A DNA stretch of 64,000 nucleotides from an uncultured Bacteroidia bacterium. GTDB taxonomy: Bacteria; Bacteroidota; Bacteroidia; Bacteroidales; CAJPTX01. The DNA lies in the NCBI GenBank assembly GCA_963546395.1, contig CAUUMS010000003.1, positions 82,833-146,832 on the forward strand, written 5' to 3'. Every line of letters begins with the position of its first letter. The first letter of the stretch is position 1. A model generated the notes under the pieces. That model saw nothing but the letters and a program-made list of their open reading frames with translations, was not told the origin of the DNA and made no database searches. Position numbers and translations under genes: made by a program. This document shows, piece after piece, positions 55,073 through 64,000 of the stretch.

Positions 55073-56611
55073 ATGAAACGTAAAACTTTTGCGCTACTCG
55101 TTAGCGCCATGCTCTGCCTCCCCCTGTGGCTCCATGCGCAGGAGATGGACGATCTGCTGCGTTACTCCCAGGAGAACCCTGCCTCCACAGCGCGCAGCCT
55201 CAGCATGGGGAATGCCACCGGGGCCATCGGGGGCGATCTCGGTACGCTGAGTAATAATCCGGCCGGCTTGGGCATGTACCGCTCGTCCGACATCGGTATC
55301 GCTGGCGGCCTCGGCATGCAGTACACGCGCACCGACTACCTGGGCATGCGCAACGCCACGGCCAACTTCAACGCCTCGCTGAACTCCCTCGGCATGGTGC
55401 TCTCATTCCACGCATCGCCCGAGAAGCAGGAGGGCCTCTTGGCATTGAACTTCGGGATTGCCTACAATCAGCTCAACAACTTCTCGGGCCGTCTTTCGGC
55501 CAACGCGCATAACCCCACGAGCTCCTTCTCCGACCGTCTGGCTCAGGTGGCCAACCAGCGGGGGCTACTCCCCAACGATCTGCTGGCTAAGGATGCCTAC
55601 AGCCGCCAGAACTGGTATCTGGTGACCGGCTTTGGCAGCTACATCTTCAACGATTCGCTCGATGCGAGCCGTCGCTTTGTGCAGTTCCTAAGCCCGCTCC
55701 GGGGCGGCGAGACAGTGTACCAGAGGCTGCGAATCGAGTCCTCGGGCCACCTCTCGGAGTTGGCCCTCTCGGCCGGCATCAATGTCTCGAACCGGCTATA
55801 CGTAGGGAGTACGCTCGGCATCCCGTTCCTCTCCTACCGCGTCGTGCGCCGTTATCAGGAGGAGAATGACTCGCGCGTTCGGCGTAGCACATTCCAGTCG
55901 CTGCGTTTCGATGATCAGATGCGTGAAACGGGAACGGGCGTCAACCTCAAGGTGGGCCTCATTGCCAGCCCGACATCCTTCCTGCGGATTGGTGCAGCAT
56001 TCCACACCCCCACCTTTATGAGCATCCACCGCAAAAAGTTGCTCGAGGCCAGGGCTGAGTACAACGAGACGAACGGCTCCAAGTACACCAAGTCTCCCGA
56101 GGGCGAGATCAATTACACTCTGACGACTCCATTTCGCGCCCGGGGATCGGTGGCGGTGCTTTTCCAGAAGTACGGTTTGCTCTCGGTGGATTACTCCTTC
56201 GATTACTACCCCTTCGCCCATCTGGACGGCGATGATGGCTTTGATGATGTGAATCAGGCTGCGCGCGACAGGCTTCAGAGCACGCACAATGTCAATGCGG
56301 GTCTAGAGCTCTTCGCAGGCCCCTTGGCCATGCGTCTGGGCGGTGGCATCAGCACCAGCCCCTACAAGGAGCAAGCGTTGGCTAGCGGCGAGAAGCAGGT
56401 GGCCCCCTGGGGGTTCCGCTATTTCGCCACGGCCGGCTTTGGGGTCTCCAGCTCGGTGGTGTACGTGGATGTGGCCTATCGGTTCATGCGCCAGGACGGC
56501 AACTCGCGGCTCTACTCCTTCGAGCATGACCGGGGGCAATTTTGGCATTATGACTATGCGCACGCCACCTTCCAGCATCTATTCGTGGTGGGAATTGGGG
56601 TGCGCTTCTAG
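55073..56611 (+). CDS. Outer-membrane beta-barrel protein (FadL/TodX-like; family tentative)
   Basis: Signal peptide MKRKTFALLVSAMLCLPLWLHA/QE, strand-like periodicity, and a C-terminal ...GIGVRF ending in Phe. Confidence 0.6.
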   Translation: MKRKTFALLVSAMLCLPLWLHAQEMDDLLRYSQENPASTARSLSMGNATGAIGGDLGTLSNNPAGLGMYRSSDIGIAGGLGMQYTRTDYLGMRNATANFNASLNSLGMVLSFHASPEKQEGLLALNFGIAYNQLNNFSGRLSANAHNPTSSFSDRLAQVANQRGLLPNDLLAKDAYSRQNWYLVTGFGSYIFNDSLDASRRFVQFLSPLRGGETVYQRLRIESSGHLSELALSAGINVSNRLYVGSTLGIPFLSYRVVRRYQEENDSRVRRSTFQSLRFDDQMRETGTGVNLKVGLIASPTSFLRIGAAFHTPTFMSIHRKKLLEARAEYNETNGSKYTKSPEGEINYTLTTPFRARGSVAVLFQKYGLLSVDYSFDYYPFAHLDGDDGFDDVNQAARDRLQSTHNVNAGLELFAGPLAMRLGGGISTSPYKEQALASGEKQVAPWGFRYFATAGFGVSSSVVYVDVAYRFMRQDGNSRLYSFEHDRGQFWHYDYAHATFQHLFVVGIGVRF

Positions 56612-56640
56612 CGGCGGTCATGCCGTAGAATCCTCTCAAA

Positions 56641-56666
56641 GCCTCGGGCCTGGCCCGGGGCTTTTT
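56641..56666 (+). terminator. Intrinsic terminator
   Basis: 8-bp GC-rich stem gcctcggg/cccggggc, loop cctgg, then ttttt. Confidence 0.7.
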
Positions 56667-56738
56667 CATTTGCCGCGCGTACGGCGATAAATCGCTACCT
56701 TGCGTGCGCTGGATGACCTCCCCATCCGCGCATCGTAG

Positions 56739-57392
56739 ATGGCGACCGTCATGAAAACGCTTCGAATTCTTACCCTCTCCCTGCTCATCGTCTCTGCCTG
56801 GGGCCTGAGCCAGTGCACCATGCCCGGCTCGAATGCCCCTGAGCCTGAGACCACCGATATTGATACGGCCATCATGGGCCGCTGGCAGCGGTGCGAGTCC
56901 ATGGATCGTTTCGAGGGCCTCTCCGAGGACGATTGGCGAGAGCTGGGGCTACAGGGCGATCCTGTTATTGAGGATGCGGAGGAATTCCTGCGGGCCAGCT
57001 TGCGCCTCATGGAGAACCACACGGGCCTCATCTACGCGCAGCCCAACTACACGGGCGACTGCGCAGAGATGGAGTGGGCCGTTCGGCAGGGCTACGATGC
57101 GCCGAAGCTAGAGGGGAGCATCTTCGAAATCTCCACCACGCGCAACGGTGAGCACGAGGCGTACCCGCACGCCATCATGCTGGAAGACAGCATTCTCTAT
57201 CTGAGCGCCATCTATAAGGCCCGGTTTGTCGGCTCGCTACAGGCGGATTTGGCCAGTCTGAAACTCGAGCTCGAGCAGGCAGAGCCAAGCAAGCGGGAGT
57301 TCCTGCAAAAGGCCATGACGGAGACGCAGGAGGCTCTTAGGATGCTCGACGCAGCCCCCAACTTCACCATCTGGCGAGCCTACCAGCGATAG
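56739..57392 (+). CDS. Lipoprotein of unknown function
   Basis: Lipobox GLSQC after a hydrophobic signal. 217 aa. Confidence 0.55.
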   Translation: MATVMKTLRILTLSLLIVSAWGLSQCTMPGSNAPEPETTDIDTAIMGRWQRCESMDRFEGLSEDDWRELGLQGDPVIEDAEEFLRASLRLMENHTGLIYAQPNYTGDCAEMEWAVRQGYDAPKLEGSIFEISTTRNGEHEAYPHAIMLEDSILYLSAIYKARFVGSLQADLASLKLELEQAEPSKREFLQKAMTETQEALRMLDAAPNFTIWRAYQR

Positions 57393-57495
57393 GCCCCCGG
57401 CGATTGGCCTTCCGGCCGTAGCATCTCCCTCATACCACCCAGCTTATCACTCCCGATCGGCAATGGTCGAGCGGGGGCGTAGTCGTGCCGTTGTC

Positions 57496-57556
57496 GTACC
57501 AACGCCGTATCAAGTCCGTATTTGGTGCCGCAAATATGGGTTTGGTACGTCGATGC
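57496..57556 (+). repeat. 61-nt palindromic intergenic element, copy B
   Basis: Aligns with copy A at 24197..24257. The stem arms are conserved and the central 5 nt differ completely. Stem substitutions keep pairing through G-U pairs on the plus strand. Confidence 0.5.
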
Positions 57557-58013
57557 GGTGTAGTTTCTACGCCCAATGTGGCGCATTATTTGTGCTGGCT
57601 ATCAATTCATTGGGCCCTTCGTGGAGGAGCAATTCCACTGCGTTACGTGCGCCCATTGGGGTACCCTATCATGATGTGAAATATTTTGCCCGGTTTTGCA
57701 CCCTTTACTCGGGTGCGATGCATGTCTTACGGGTCGCTAAGGTGCCATGCGTGCCAGTGCGTCGCGATAGCCATTTAGTCAAATTACGCGCTTTCGGCCT
57801 AAAATGCGGCATTGCGTGCAACAGGGGACGGTGGGGAACCGTTTACCGGGAACATTGCAGTTCACTGCCTGCTGCTCCGCGGCGTTCCACCCTCTCTTGC
57901 GGCTTCTGGTGCTGGCTCTGATAAGGGCGCAGCATCTATCGGTCTGCGGGTAGGGTTTTCTTGTTGGGCAGTGATATTGCGGATGATCTGTAGCGTATTC
58001 TAAATAGTACATA

Positions 58014-60947
58014 ATGGAGCTTGTGAGTCGGTTTCCAAGGTCGGTGGGCCGTGCCCTGCTAGTGGTGGCACTGCTTGTGGGCATCGTCGGGGGCGCTGCG
58101 GCGCAAAATGCCCGCCCCTTCGTCACGAAGTGGAGTGCCAAGAAGAAAAATGAGGTCATCAAGGTGCCCATCGCGGGGGCTAACTATCAGCTCACCTGGT
58201 ATGAGGTGGGAAGCACCGACAAGCATACCGAGACGGTGGAGCAGACCACTCCCCAAAAACCCTACACCTTTACGGCTCCTACGCCGGGCGATTACGTGGT
58301 GGAGATAGGCCCCGCGGGCGTGGAGCGCATCCAGATGCTCAACTGGGATCGGACGCGGAAAAAGGGCAAAGAGCTTGGCAGCTGCAAGGCGTTGACGGCT
58401 GTGATGCAGTGGGGCGATGTGCGCTGGACGAGCATGGCGCACGCCTTTCATGGGTGCCAGAATATGACCGTGGAGGCCAATGCGGGCCGTCCCGACCTGT
58501 CGCAGGTGACGAGCCTGGAGTACATGTTCTGTGGATGTAGCAAATTCGATGGGGCTGTCGGCGACTGGGATGTGTCGAATGTGACCAACCTGGCGCACAT
58601 GTTCGAGGATTGCCATGCGTTCAACCAGCCACTCTTGGGCTGGAAGGTGTCGAAGGTGACGGATATGACATCCCTATTCGCGGGGTGCCATTCGTTCAAC
58701 AAGCCCCTTGGGAGCTGGGATGTGTCGCAGGTGACGAGCATGCGATGGATGTTTTCCTACTGTGAGAATTTCGATCAGCCGCTGGAGGGTTGGGACGTGG
58801 GGAAGGTGACCAAGATGGATGGCATGTTCTGGGGCTGCCACACGTTCAGCCAGTCGCTTACGAACTGGCGGATGAATCACGTGGTGTCCATGCTCCACAT
58901 GTTTAGGGATTGCAAGTCGTTCGATCAGCCCCTGGGCTCCTGGCAATTTCAGCATGCCACGTCGCTAGGGCTTAGCGGGAGCGGGATAAGCGTGGAGAAT
59001 TACTCTGTGTCGCTGCTTGGCTGGGCCACGCATACCAACGTGGAGGAGAGCTTCATTTTGGAGGCCGAGGGCATGGTGTACACCGAGGGGAGCCTCGAGG
59101 CGCGGAACAAGCTCATTGGGGAAGAAAAACCGGCGGTTACGCAGTGGAAGATAATAGGCGATCGCCAGCTGACGCTCGCTTTCCAGCGAAGCAACATGCT
59201 GATTTACGAGGGCGATGAGGCCACACTCAAGGTGCTGCTGGCCGAGGGGCTCACGCAGGGCACGCTCACTTGCGAGAGTAGCAACACATCTAGGGTAAGC
59301 GTCCTGCGCGTGGATGGACAGGCGGTGCGCATCAAGGGCGTGGGGGCTGGTGAGGCTATCCTGAAGGTGAAGATGGCTGCCGCAGGCTCGCAGCCCGCCA
59401 TGGTGGCAACCTGTAAGGTGCTGGTGAAGACGATTCCTGTGGAGTCGGTGGAGCTCAATGAGAGCTCCCTGCGTATCAAGGTGGGAGAATCGAAAAAGCT
59501 CATAGCCACGGTGAAGCCCGATAAGGCTAGCAAGAAGGCGGTGACCTGGAGTGCCGACCCGGCGGGGATTGTCTCCCTGGGGAATGATGGCACCGTCATA
59601 GGATTTAAGGCTGGTAAGACTACCGTTGTGGCAACCACGCACAACCAGAAGACGGCCTCATGCGCCGTCACGGTGGTTCAGGATGCCACCGACATTACCC
59701 TCGAGCCCTCCTCGCTGACTATGGCGGTGGGCGATACACCGGTGCAGCTCGTGGCGACCGTGCTGCCAGCGGATGCCACAGACAAGAGCGTGAAGTGGAC
59801 GGTGGAGCAGACCGAAGGGTTCATATCGGTGAATGAGGAGGGATTCGTAACGGCCATCAAGGCGGGTGAGGCGAAGGTGACGGCTACCACCCACAATGGT
59901 CTGAAGGCCACGTGCACGGTGAAGATTACCCAAGGCGTGGAGAGTGTCACTGTGGAGCCTGTTGCCCTGACCATGTCGGTGGGGGATGAGCCCAAGCAGC
60001 TCACGGCCATCGTGCTGCCCAAGGATGCTACCCACCGTGAGGTTACGTGGAGCGTGGAGCCCGAAGGGATTGTCTCGGTGGATACCGAGGGCAAGGTGAC
60101 TCCCATTAAGGGCGGGAAGGCCAAGGTAACCGCCACGGTACCCAATGGGAAGTCGGCCTCGTGCGCTGTGACGGTGGTGCAAGAGGTGACGGGTCTCATT
60201 GTGACCCCATCCAGCCTCACGATGCAGGTGGGCGACGAGCCTAAGATGCTCATCGTGGAGGTGCAACCAGCGGATGCCACAGACAGGGATGTGATCTGGA
60301 GCGTTGAGCCTGAGGGGATTGTCTCCGTGAGCGGGGCGGGGCAGGTGACCCCGGTGAGGGCCGGGGTGGCCAAGGTGGTTGCCACGTCGAAGAATGGCAA
60401 GCGGGCCGAGTGCGAGGTGACGGTGACGCAGGTGGTTACGGGAATCTCCGTGGAGCCGTCGACCCTGACTATGCGCCTTGGCGATGCGCCAGTTCCGCTA
60501 GAGGCCAAGGTGTTGCCGGCCGATGCCACAGATAAATCTGTGAGCTGGGTGACGGTGCCTGATGGCATTGTGAACGTGGATCTCCAGGGGGTGGTAACGG
60601 CCCTGAAGATCGGGAAGGCCAGGGTGATTGCCACGACCCACAATGGCAAGTCCGATGAGTGCGAGGTGACGGTGGTGAGCCCATCCGACGCATCGTCTCT
60701 CACGGCGGTGGAGGCTCTGCCGAGTGTCACGGTGAGCCCCAATCCGTTCGGCGCCATGCTGACGGTGCACAATGCGGGCGAAGTGCTACGCTACGCGCTG
60801 ATTGGCACCGATGGTCACACGGTGGCTCAGGGGCAACATAACGGCGGTGAGCTGCTTATCATCAGCACAGCGCATTTGCCCAGCGGCATGTACATCTTGC
60901 AGCTGCACGGGCGCCACGGGGCCCGGAGTATCAAGCTGGTGAAGTAG
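58014..60947 (+). CDS. Surface protein: DUF285/BspA-like repeats + Big_2 Ig-like array + T9SS C-terminal sorting domain
   Basis: Repeats of the form F..C..FNQPL..WDVS.VT.M..MF (aa 125-315). One divergent and five canonical Big_2 units of about 83 aa. CTD is SVTVSPNPFGAMLTV...GMYILQL....ARSIKLVK. Confidence 0.85.
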   Translation: MELVSRFPRSVGRALLVVALLVGIVGGAAAQNARPFVTKWSAKKKNEVIKVPIAGANYQLTWYEVGSTDKHTETVEQTTPQKPYTFTAPTPGDYVVEIGPAGVERIQMLNWDRTRKKGKELGSCKALTAVMQWGDVRWTSMAHAFHGCQNMTVEANAGRPDLSQVTSLEYMFCGCSKFDGAVGDWDVSNVTNLAHMFEDCHAFNQPLLGWKVSKVTDMTSLFAGCHSFNKPLGSWDVSQVTSMRWMFSYCENFDQPLEGWDVGKVTKMDGMFWGCHTFSQSLTNWRMNHVVSMLHMFRDCKSFDQPLGSWQFQHATSLGLSGSGISVENYSVSLLGWATHTNVEESFILEAEGMVYTEGSLEARNKLIGEEKPAVTQWKIIGDRQLTLAFQRSNMLIYEGDEATLKVLLAEGLTQGTLTCESSNTSRVSVLRVDGQAVRIKGVGAGEAILKVKMAAAGSQPAMVATCKVLVKTIPVESVELNESSLRIKVGESKKLIATVKPDKASKKAVTWSADPAGIVSLGNDGTVIGFKAGKTTVVATTHNQKTASCAVTVVQDATDITLEPSSLTMAVGDTPVQLVATVLPADATDKSVKWTVEQTEGFISVNEEGFVTAIKAGEAKVTATTHNGLKATCTVKITQGVESVTVEPVALTMSVGDEPKQLTAIVLPKDATHREVTWSVEPEGIVSVDTEGKVTPIKGGKAKVTATVPNGKSASCAVTVVQEVTGLIVTPSSLTMQVGDEPKMLIVEVQPADATDRDVIWSVEPEGIVSVSGAGQVTPVRAGVAKVVATSKNGKRAECEVTVTQVVTGISVEPSTLTMRLGDAPVPLEAKVLPADATDKSVSWVTVPDGIVNVDLQGVVTALKIGKARVIATTHNGKSDECEVTVVSPSDASSLTAVEALPSVTVSPNPFGAMLTVHNAGEVLRYALIGTDGHTVAQGQHNGGELLIISTAHLPSGMYILQLHGRHGARSIKLVK
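59430..60677 (+). repeat. Tandem coding repeats of about 250 bp (five Big_2 domains)
   Basis: Repeated LTM.VGD.P..L.A.V.PADATDK.V.W.V.P.GIVSV...G.VT..K.G.AKV.AT..NGK.A.C.VTV units. Confidence 0.8.
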
Positions 60948-60974
60948 TCTGAGACCCTTTGATGGGGTGTGTGG

Positions 60975-61011
60975 GCAGGCGATGGGCTCGTTCGGCGGGG
61001 CCATCGCCTGC
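60975..61011 (+). terminator. Hairpin terminator after the surface-protein gene
   Basis: 11-bp stem gcaggcgatgg/ccatcgcctgc followed by ttgcgttt. Confidence 0.5.
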
Positions 61012-61371
61012 TTGCGTTTACCTCGAGGGCATCAGGAATCTGCGGGTGATGCTCGTATGGCTCTAGTGTCCATCATCCGTGGCCATTGCACTCGCACTCC
61101 CTGCACCCTTTGCGCGGTGACGTCGCCTATTGCTGGGGGACTAGCGTTACAGCCCTTTGACCCATTTCGCATTTCGACTGTTTTCCATTTGGCAGGCGTA
61201 TATGCTGTGGGGATAGGGTGGCATGGCCCGGAAGAGGTCGGCAAGGGCGATTGGGGGAGCCTCAAAGGAAGTGGCGGAAGGCGAAGATGAGAGTCCCAGG
61301 GGGCGGGTGTGGATGTGCCTGCGAGGGTTATTCTGAGTTCAGTTGGCTAATTAGTTGTCCCGAATTGAAAT

Positions 61372-61959
61372 ATGAGTGAGAAGGCGTGTGATAAGCGGTC
61401 AGGGGAGGGCAATCCCGAGGTGTTGATAGGCGGGCTCATTGCGCAGTCCCGACGTGGTATGTCGCGTCCTGAGGGGGCATTCTTCCTCGTGTGGGGTTAC
61501 GCATCGATGGGGGTGTCGTGGCTCATCGGGAGCCTGGCCTTGCATCGGGGCGGCATGCAGGGGCCGGGGTGGATGTGGATGATACTCCCAACTGTGGGTC
61601 TGCTGGGGACTATATGCGCGCGGAGGCTCCTACGAGACTGGGGCAAACCCTTTGGGGCTATGCGCCTTCAGGTGGCGATGCTCTGGGCCATTGTGGGGCC
61701 ATCGATAGGTGCCATGGGTGTTGCGTCCCCGGGACACCCGTTGCCGGCACAGCTCTTGCTCGCAGGGTGCGGCATAGCCATTAATGGCACTCTCGTTCGC
61801 TGGAGGCCGTTGATGCTCTTTGGGATTGCGGCGATCCTTACGGGCATCGGTCTGCGTTGGGTCGATGCGGAGTGGCAGCCCTTCGCTTTTGGGCTTATTC
61901 TGGGCATTTGCATGTGTATTCCGGGTCATCTTCTCTTTGCCCGTAAGAGGAGGGCGTGA
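61372..61959 (+). CDS. Small polytopic membrane protein, unknown function
   Basis: 195 aa with 4-5 hydrophobic helices. Confidence 0.5.
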   Translation: MSEKACDKRSGEGNPEVLIGGLIAQSRRGMSRPEGAFFLVWGYASMGVSWLIGSLALHRGGMQGPGWMWMILPTVGLLGTICARRLLRDWGKPFGAMRLQVAMLWAIVGPSIGAMGVASPGHPLPAQLLLAGCGIAINGTLVRWRPLMLFGIAAILTGIGLRWVDAEWQPFAFGLILGICMCIPGHLLFARKRRA

Positions 61960-62029
61960 GCGTGGTAGGCTAGGGCATGAATCGATGTCTTCTCCGGGGT
62001 CTGGGCTGAAGGCCTCCGGGTATAACAGA

Positions 62030-62071
62030 TCAGGTAGCCCCTCATTCCAAATGGAACAAGAGGCTACCTGA
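62030..62071. terminator. Hairpin between convergent genes
   Basis: 10-bp stem tcaggtagcc/ggctacctga. The large loop contains a mini-hairpin ttcc-aaat-ggaa. Confidence 0.4.
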
Positions 62072-62121
62072 TTGAGGTTTAATCGGACGCTAGTAGGTGC
62101 CGGGGTGGCACGCAGGGCATC

Positions 62122-63615
62122 CTACCAGACGAATAGACCGTAGATGATGAGTGCCGCGTTGCCGATTCCGAGTCCTGCTGCCGCAATGAGGAGCCCGAAA
62201 CGCTCCATGTGCTTTACGTCAATAAAGCCTGTGGAGTGCGCAATGGCGTTGGGCGGTGTGCTGACAGGGAGCATCATAGCCAGCGAGGCAGACATGGCGA
62301 CCCCAATCAGCAGGGTCGTGATTCCACCAAATGGAACGAGCGTTTTGGACATACCGATGCCGACGGCCGTGAGGATGGGCATGAGCAGGGCCGCAGTGGC
62401 GGTGTTGCTGATGAAGGTGGAGAGCACCCAGCAAATGATGCCCGAGGTGATGATGACCACTAGCGCGGGCCAGGTGTCGAATGGGATGGAGGAGACGATG
62501 GTTTTTGCAAGTCCTGTGGCATTGAGGGCTTCGCCGATGGCAAAACCTCCTGCCACGAGCCAGAGCACGCTCCAGTTAATCTTTCCCAAATCGTCCTTCG
62601 TGATGACGCCGGTGAGGCTGAAGATGCCTACGGGAACAAGTGCGGCTACGCCTGCCTGCACGCCGGTGAGCTTATCGAACATCCAGAGGAATATGGTGAC
62701 GAGGAAGGTCACCTTCACCACGGTGGTACGCCACCCTTTTTTCATCTCACCCTCGATGACTAGGTGAATGCGCTTCTGCTTGAAGGGGAACAGGCGCTTG
62801 AGGATGAACCATGAGATGAATAGGAGCAGAAACGTGAGTGGCAGTAGGCACATGACCCATTCGCCAAAGCCGATGTTGAGGTTGAGCCCGGTGGGTGAGT
62901 TTAGGTACTTCAGCGCAATGGCGTTGGGGGGAGTGCCGATGGGGGTACCCATCCCCCCCAGGTTGGCCCCGGCCGGGATGGCGAGGGCGAGGGCTATGCG
63001 CCCCTTCCCATCCTTGGGGAGCGTCTGGAGCACGGGGGCGAGTATGGTGAGCATCATCGCCGCGGTGGCGGTGTTGCTGATGAACATGGAGAAGAGCCCC
63101 GTGATGAGGATGAAGGCTAGCAGCACGTGTTCCGATTTGGTGCCGAAGGGCTTGAGCAGAAGCCTAGCCATGGCAATGTCTAGCCCCACATGGCTGGCCC
63201 CCATGGCGAGCACGAAGCCTCCGAGGAAGAGCATGATGGTGGGATCGGCGAAGGCGTGGAGTAGGCTCTTATAGTCCACAAGCTCCCCGAGAGGGAGGAT
63301 GGCCTCATCGGCACGGAATATGGAGATGGCACTATCGGACACGGTGAGCAACAGCGTGACCAGGACGACGATGGAGGTGGTCCAGGCCGGGATGGGCTCA
63401 AAGATCCAGAGGAGTGCCGCGTAGATGAGTAGGGCAATGACGCGGTGTTGTGTCAGTGGCAGCTCGGGCAGGCCGAATGCGCTGGAGGGTATCCACCAGC
63501 AGATCAGCATGACCAGCGTGCACAGCAGGAAGTAGAGGAGTTTGCGAATGGCCCGTCCACGGGCGGTTTTATTATCACCGAACAGATGGACGGACAGGCG
63601 CTGTAGGGTAGTCAT
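62122..63615 (-). CDS. DASS/SLC13 family anion:sodium symporter (dicarboxylate or sulfate type)
   Basis: 497 aa and polytopic. It has two SNT hairpin-tip motifs (FISNTATAAMMLTIL and FISNTATAALLMPIL), characteristic of DASS transporters. Confidence 0.85.
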   Translation of the reverse strand: MTTLQRLSVHLFGDNKTARGRAIRKLLYFLLCTLVMLICWWIPSSAFGLPELPLTQHRVIALLIYAALLWIFEPIPAWTTSIVVLVTLLLTVSDSAISIFRADEAILPLGELVDYKSLLHAFADPTIMLFLGGFVLAMGASHVGLDIAMARLLLKPFGTKSEHVLLAFILITGLFSMFISNTATAAMMLTILAPVLQTLPKDGKGRIALALAIPAGANLGGMGTPIGTPPNAIALKYLNSPTGLNLNIGFGEWVMCLLPLTFLLLFISWFILKRLFPFKQKRIHLVIEGEMKKGWRTTVVKVTFLVTIFLWMFDKLTGVQAGVAALVPVGIFSLTGVITKDDLGKINWSVLWLVAGGFAIGEALNATGLAKTIVSSIPFDTWPALVVIITSGIICWVLSTFISNTATAALLMPILTAVGIGMSKTLVPFGGITTLLIGVAMSASLAMMLPVSTPPNAIAHSTGFIDVKHMERFGLLIAAAGLGIGNAALIIYGLFVW

Positions 63616-64000
63616 AGTTGTTGATTATTACTGTACGATAGGCTTGCAGTTCGTCCCACTTTGGGTGGTGCATGCCCCCCCCTCGGGAGGATCTCCACCC
63701 CACCGAAGGTAATGATAATATGGGAGCGCAAAGGATTTTCTTTGTAAGACCCCTATTGTAACACCTCTTTTGGAATAGCGTTAGTCGCTTACAAGTGGCG
63801 ATAAATCTACGGTTTTGGCACAATTGACGTACTAAGCGTAGGCCGCTAACTTAGAATCATAGTGCATAGGGAGTACGGATGCCCCGTGGGTGCGGTGCTT
63901 CCATGTTCAGGCTCGTACTGGAGGGCTTTTACTGGCATGCGCAGCGCAAGGGCTATGCGATACGTTGGGTTCGCATGGCCTCGCTTGCTGGGGGCCTGGA

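Noticed and set aside
56693-56700. TAccTTGC upstream of the 56739 lipoprotein gene, considered as a -7 box.
   Set aside because: It deviates from TAnnTTTG in the conserved T-tract, so it is not listed as a feature.
63880-64000. A partial plus-strand ORF (MPRGCGASMFRLVLEGFYWHAQRKGYAIRWVRMASLAGGL...) running off the window edge.
   Set aside because: Only 40 codons are visible and there is no recognisable motif. It cannot be distinguished from a chance open frame in GC-rich DNA.

Overview
This is a high-GC chromosomal segment from a Bacteroidota genome. Three things point to that phylum: at least 14 exact TAnnTTTG -7 promoter boxes sit in front of genes, several proteins carry T9SS sorting domains, and there are CarboxypepD_reg-type outer-membrane barrels. 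Most of the window is ordinary housekeeping: tRNA-Gln, birA, korAB, comM, rsfS-ftsH-cdsA, a FabK-like reductase, an M16 peptidase pair, an RSH (p)ppGpp enzyme, dsbD, rng, hup, a tricorn-like protease, pssA, lepA, recX, rpe, creD, an M49 peptidase, proS and a DASS transporter. These are interspersed with cell-surface proteins: a Cys-ladder LRR lipoprotein, a DUF285/BspA-like protein with Big_2 repeats and a T9SS CTD, a T9SS type-B protein, and an aromatic-rich lipoprotein. The outstanding feature is a visibly lower-GC, roughly 10.5-kb locus at 36.8-47.3 kb that looks like an uncharacterised RiPP/bacteriocin system. It has a divergent LuxR-type regulator and a 67-aa peptide with a textbook double-glycine leader, followed by a hairpin attenuator. 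Next come a radical-SAM maturase with an N-terminal RRE-like domain and a full SPASM domain, then two tandemly duplicated outer-membrane beta-barrel genes. The junction between those two genes still carries scars of the flanking genes. The locus ends with a C39-peptidase ABC exporter and an unusually short (161-aa) HlyD-like protein. Secondary observations are a 61-nt palindromic element present twice, a 590-bp ORF-poor structured spacer, and a 29-aa Lys/Arg-rich micro-ORF missed by the ORF track. All family calls come from reading motifs by eye. No searches were run.
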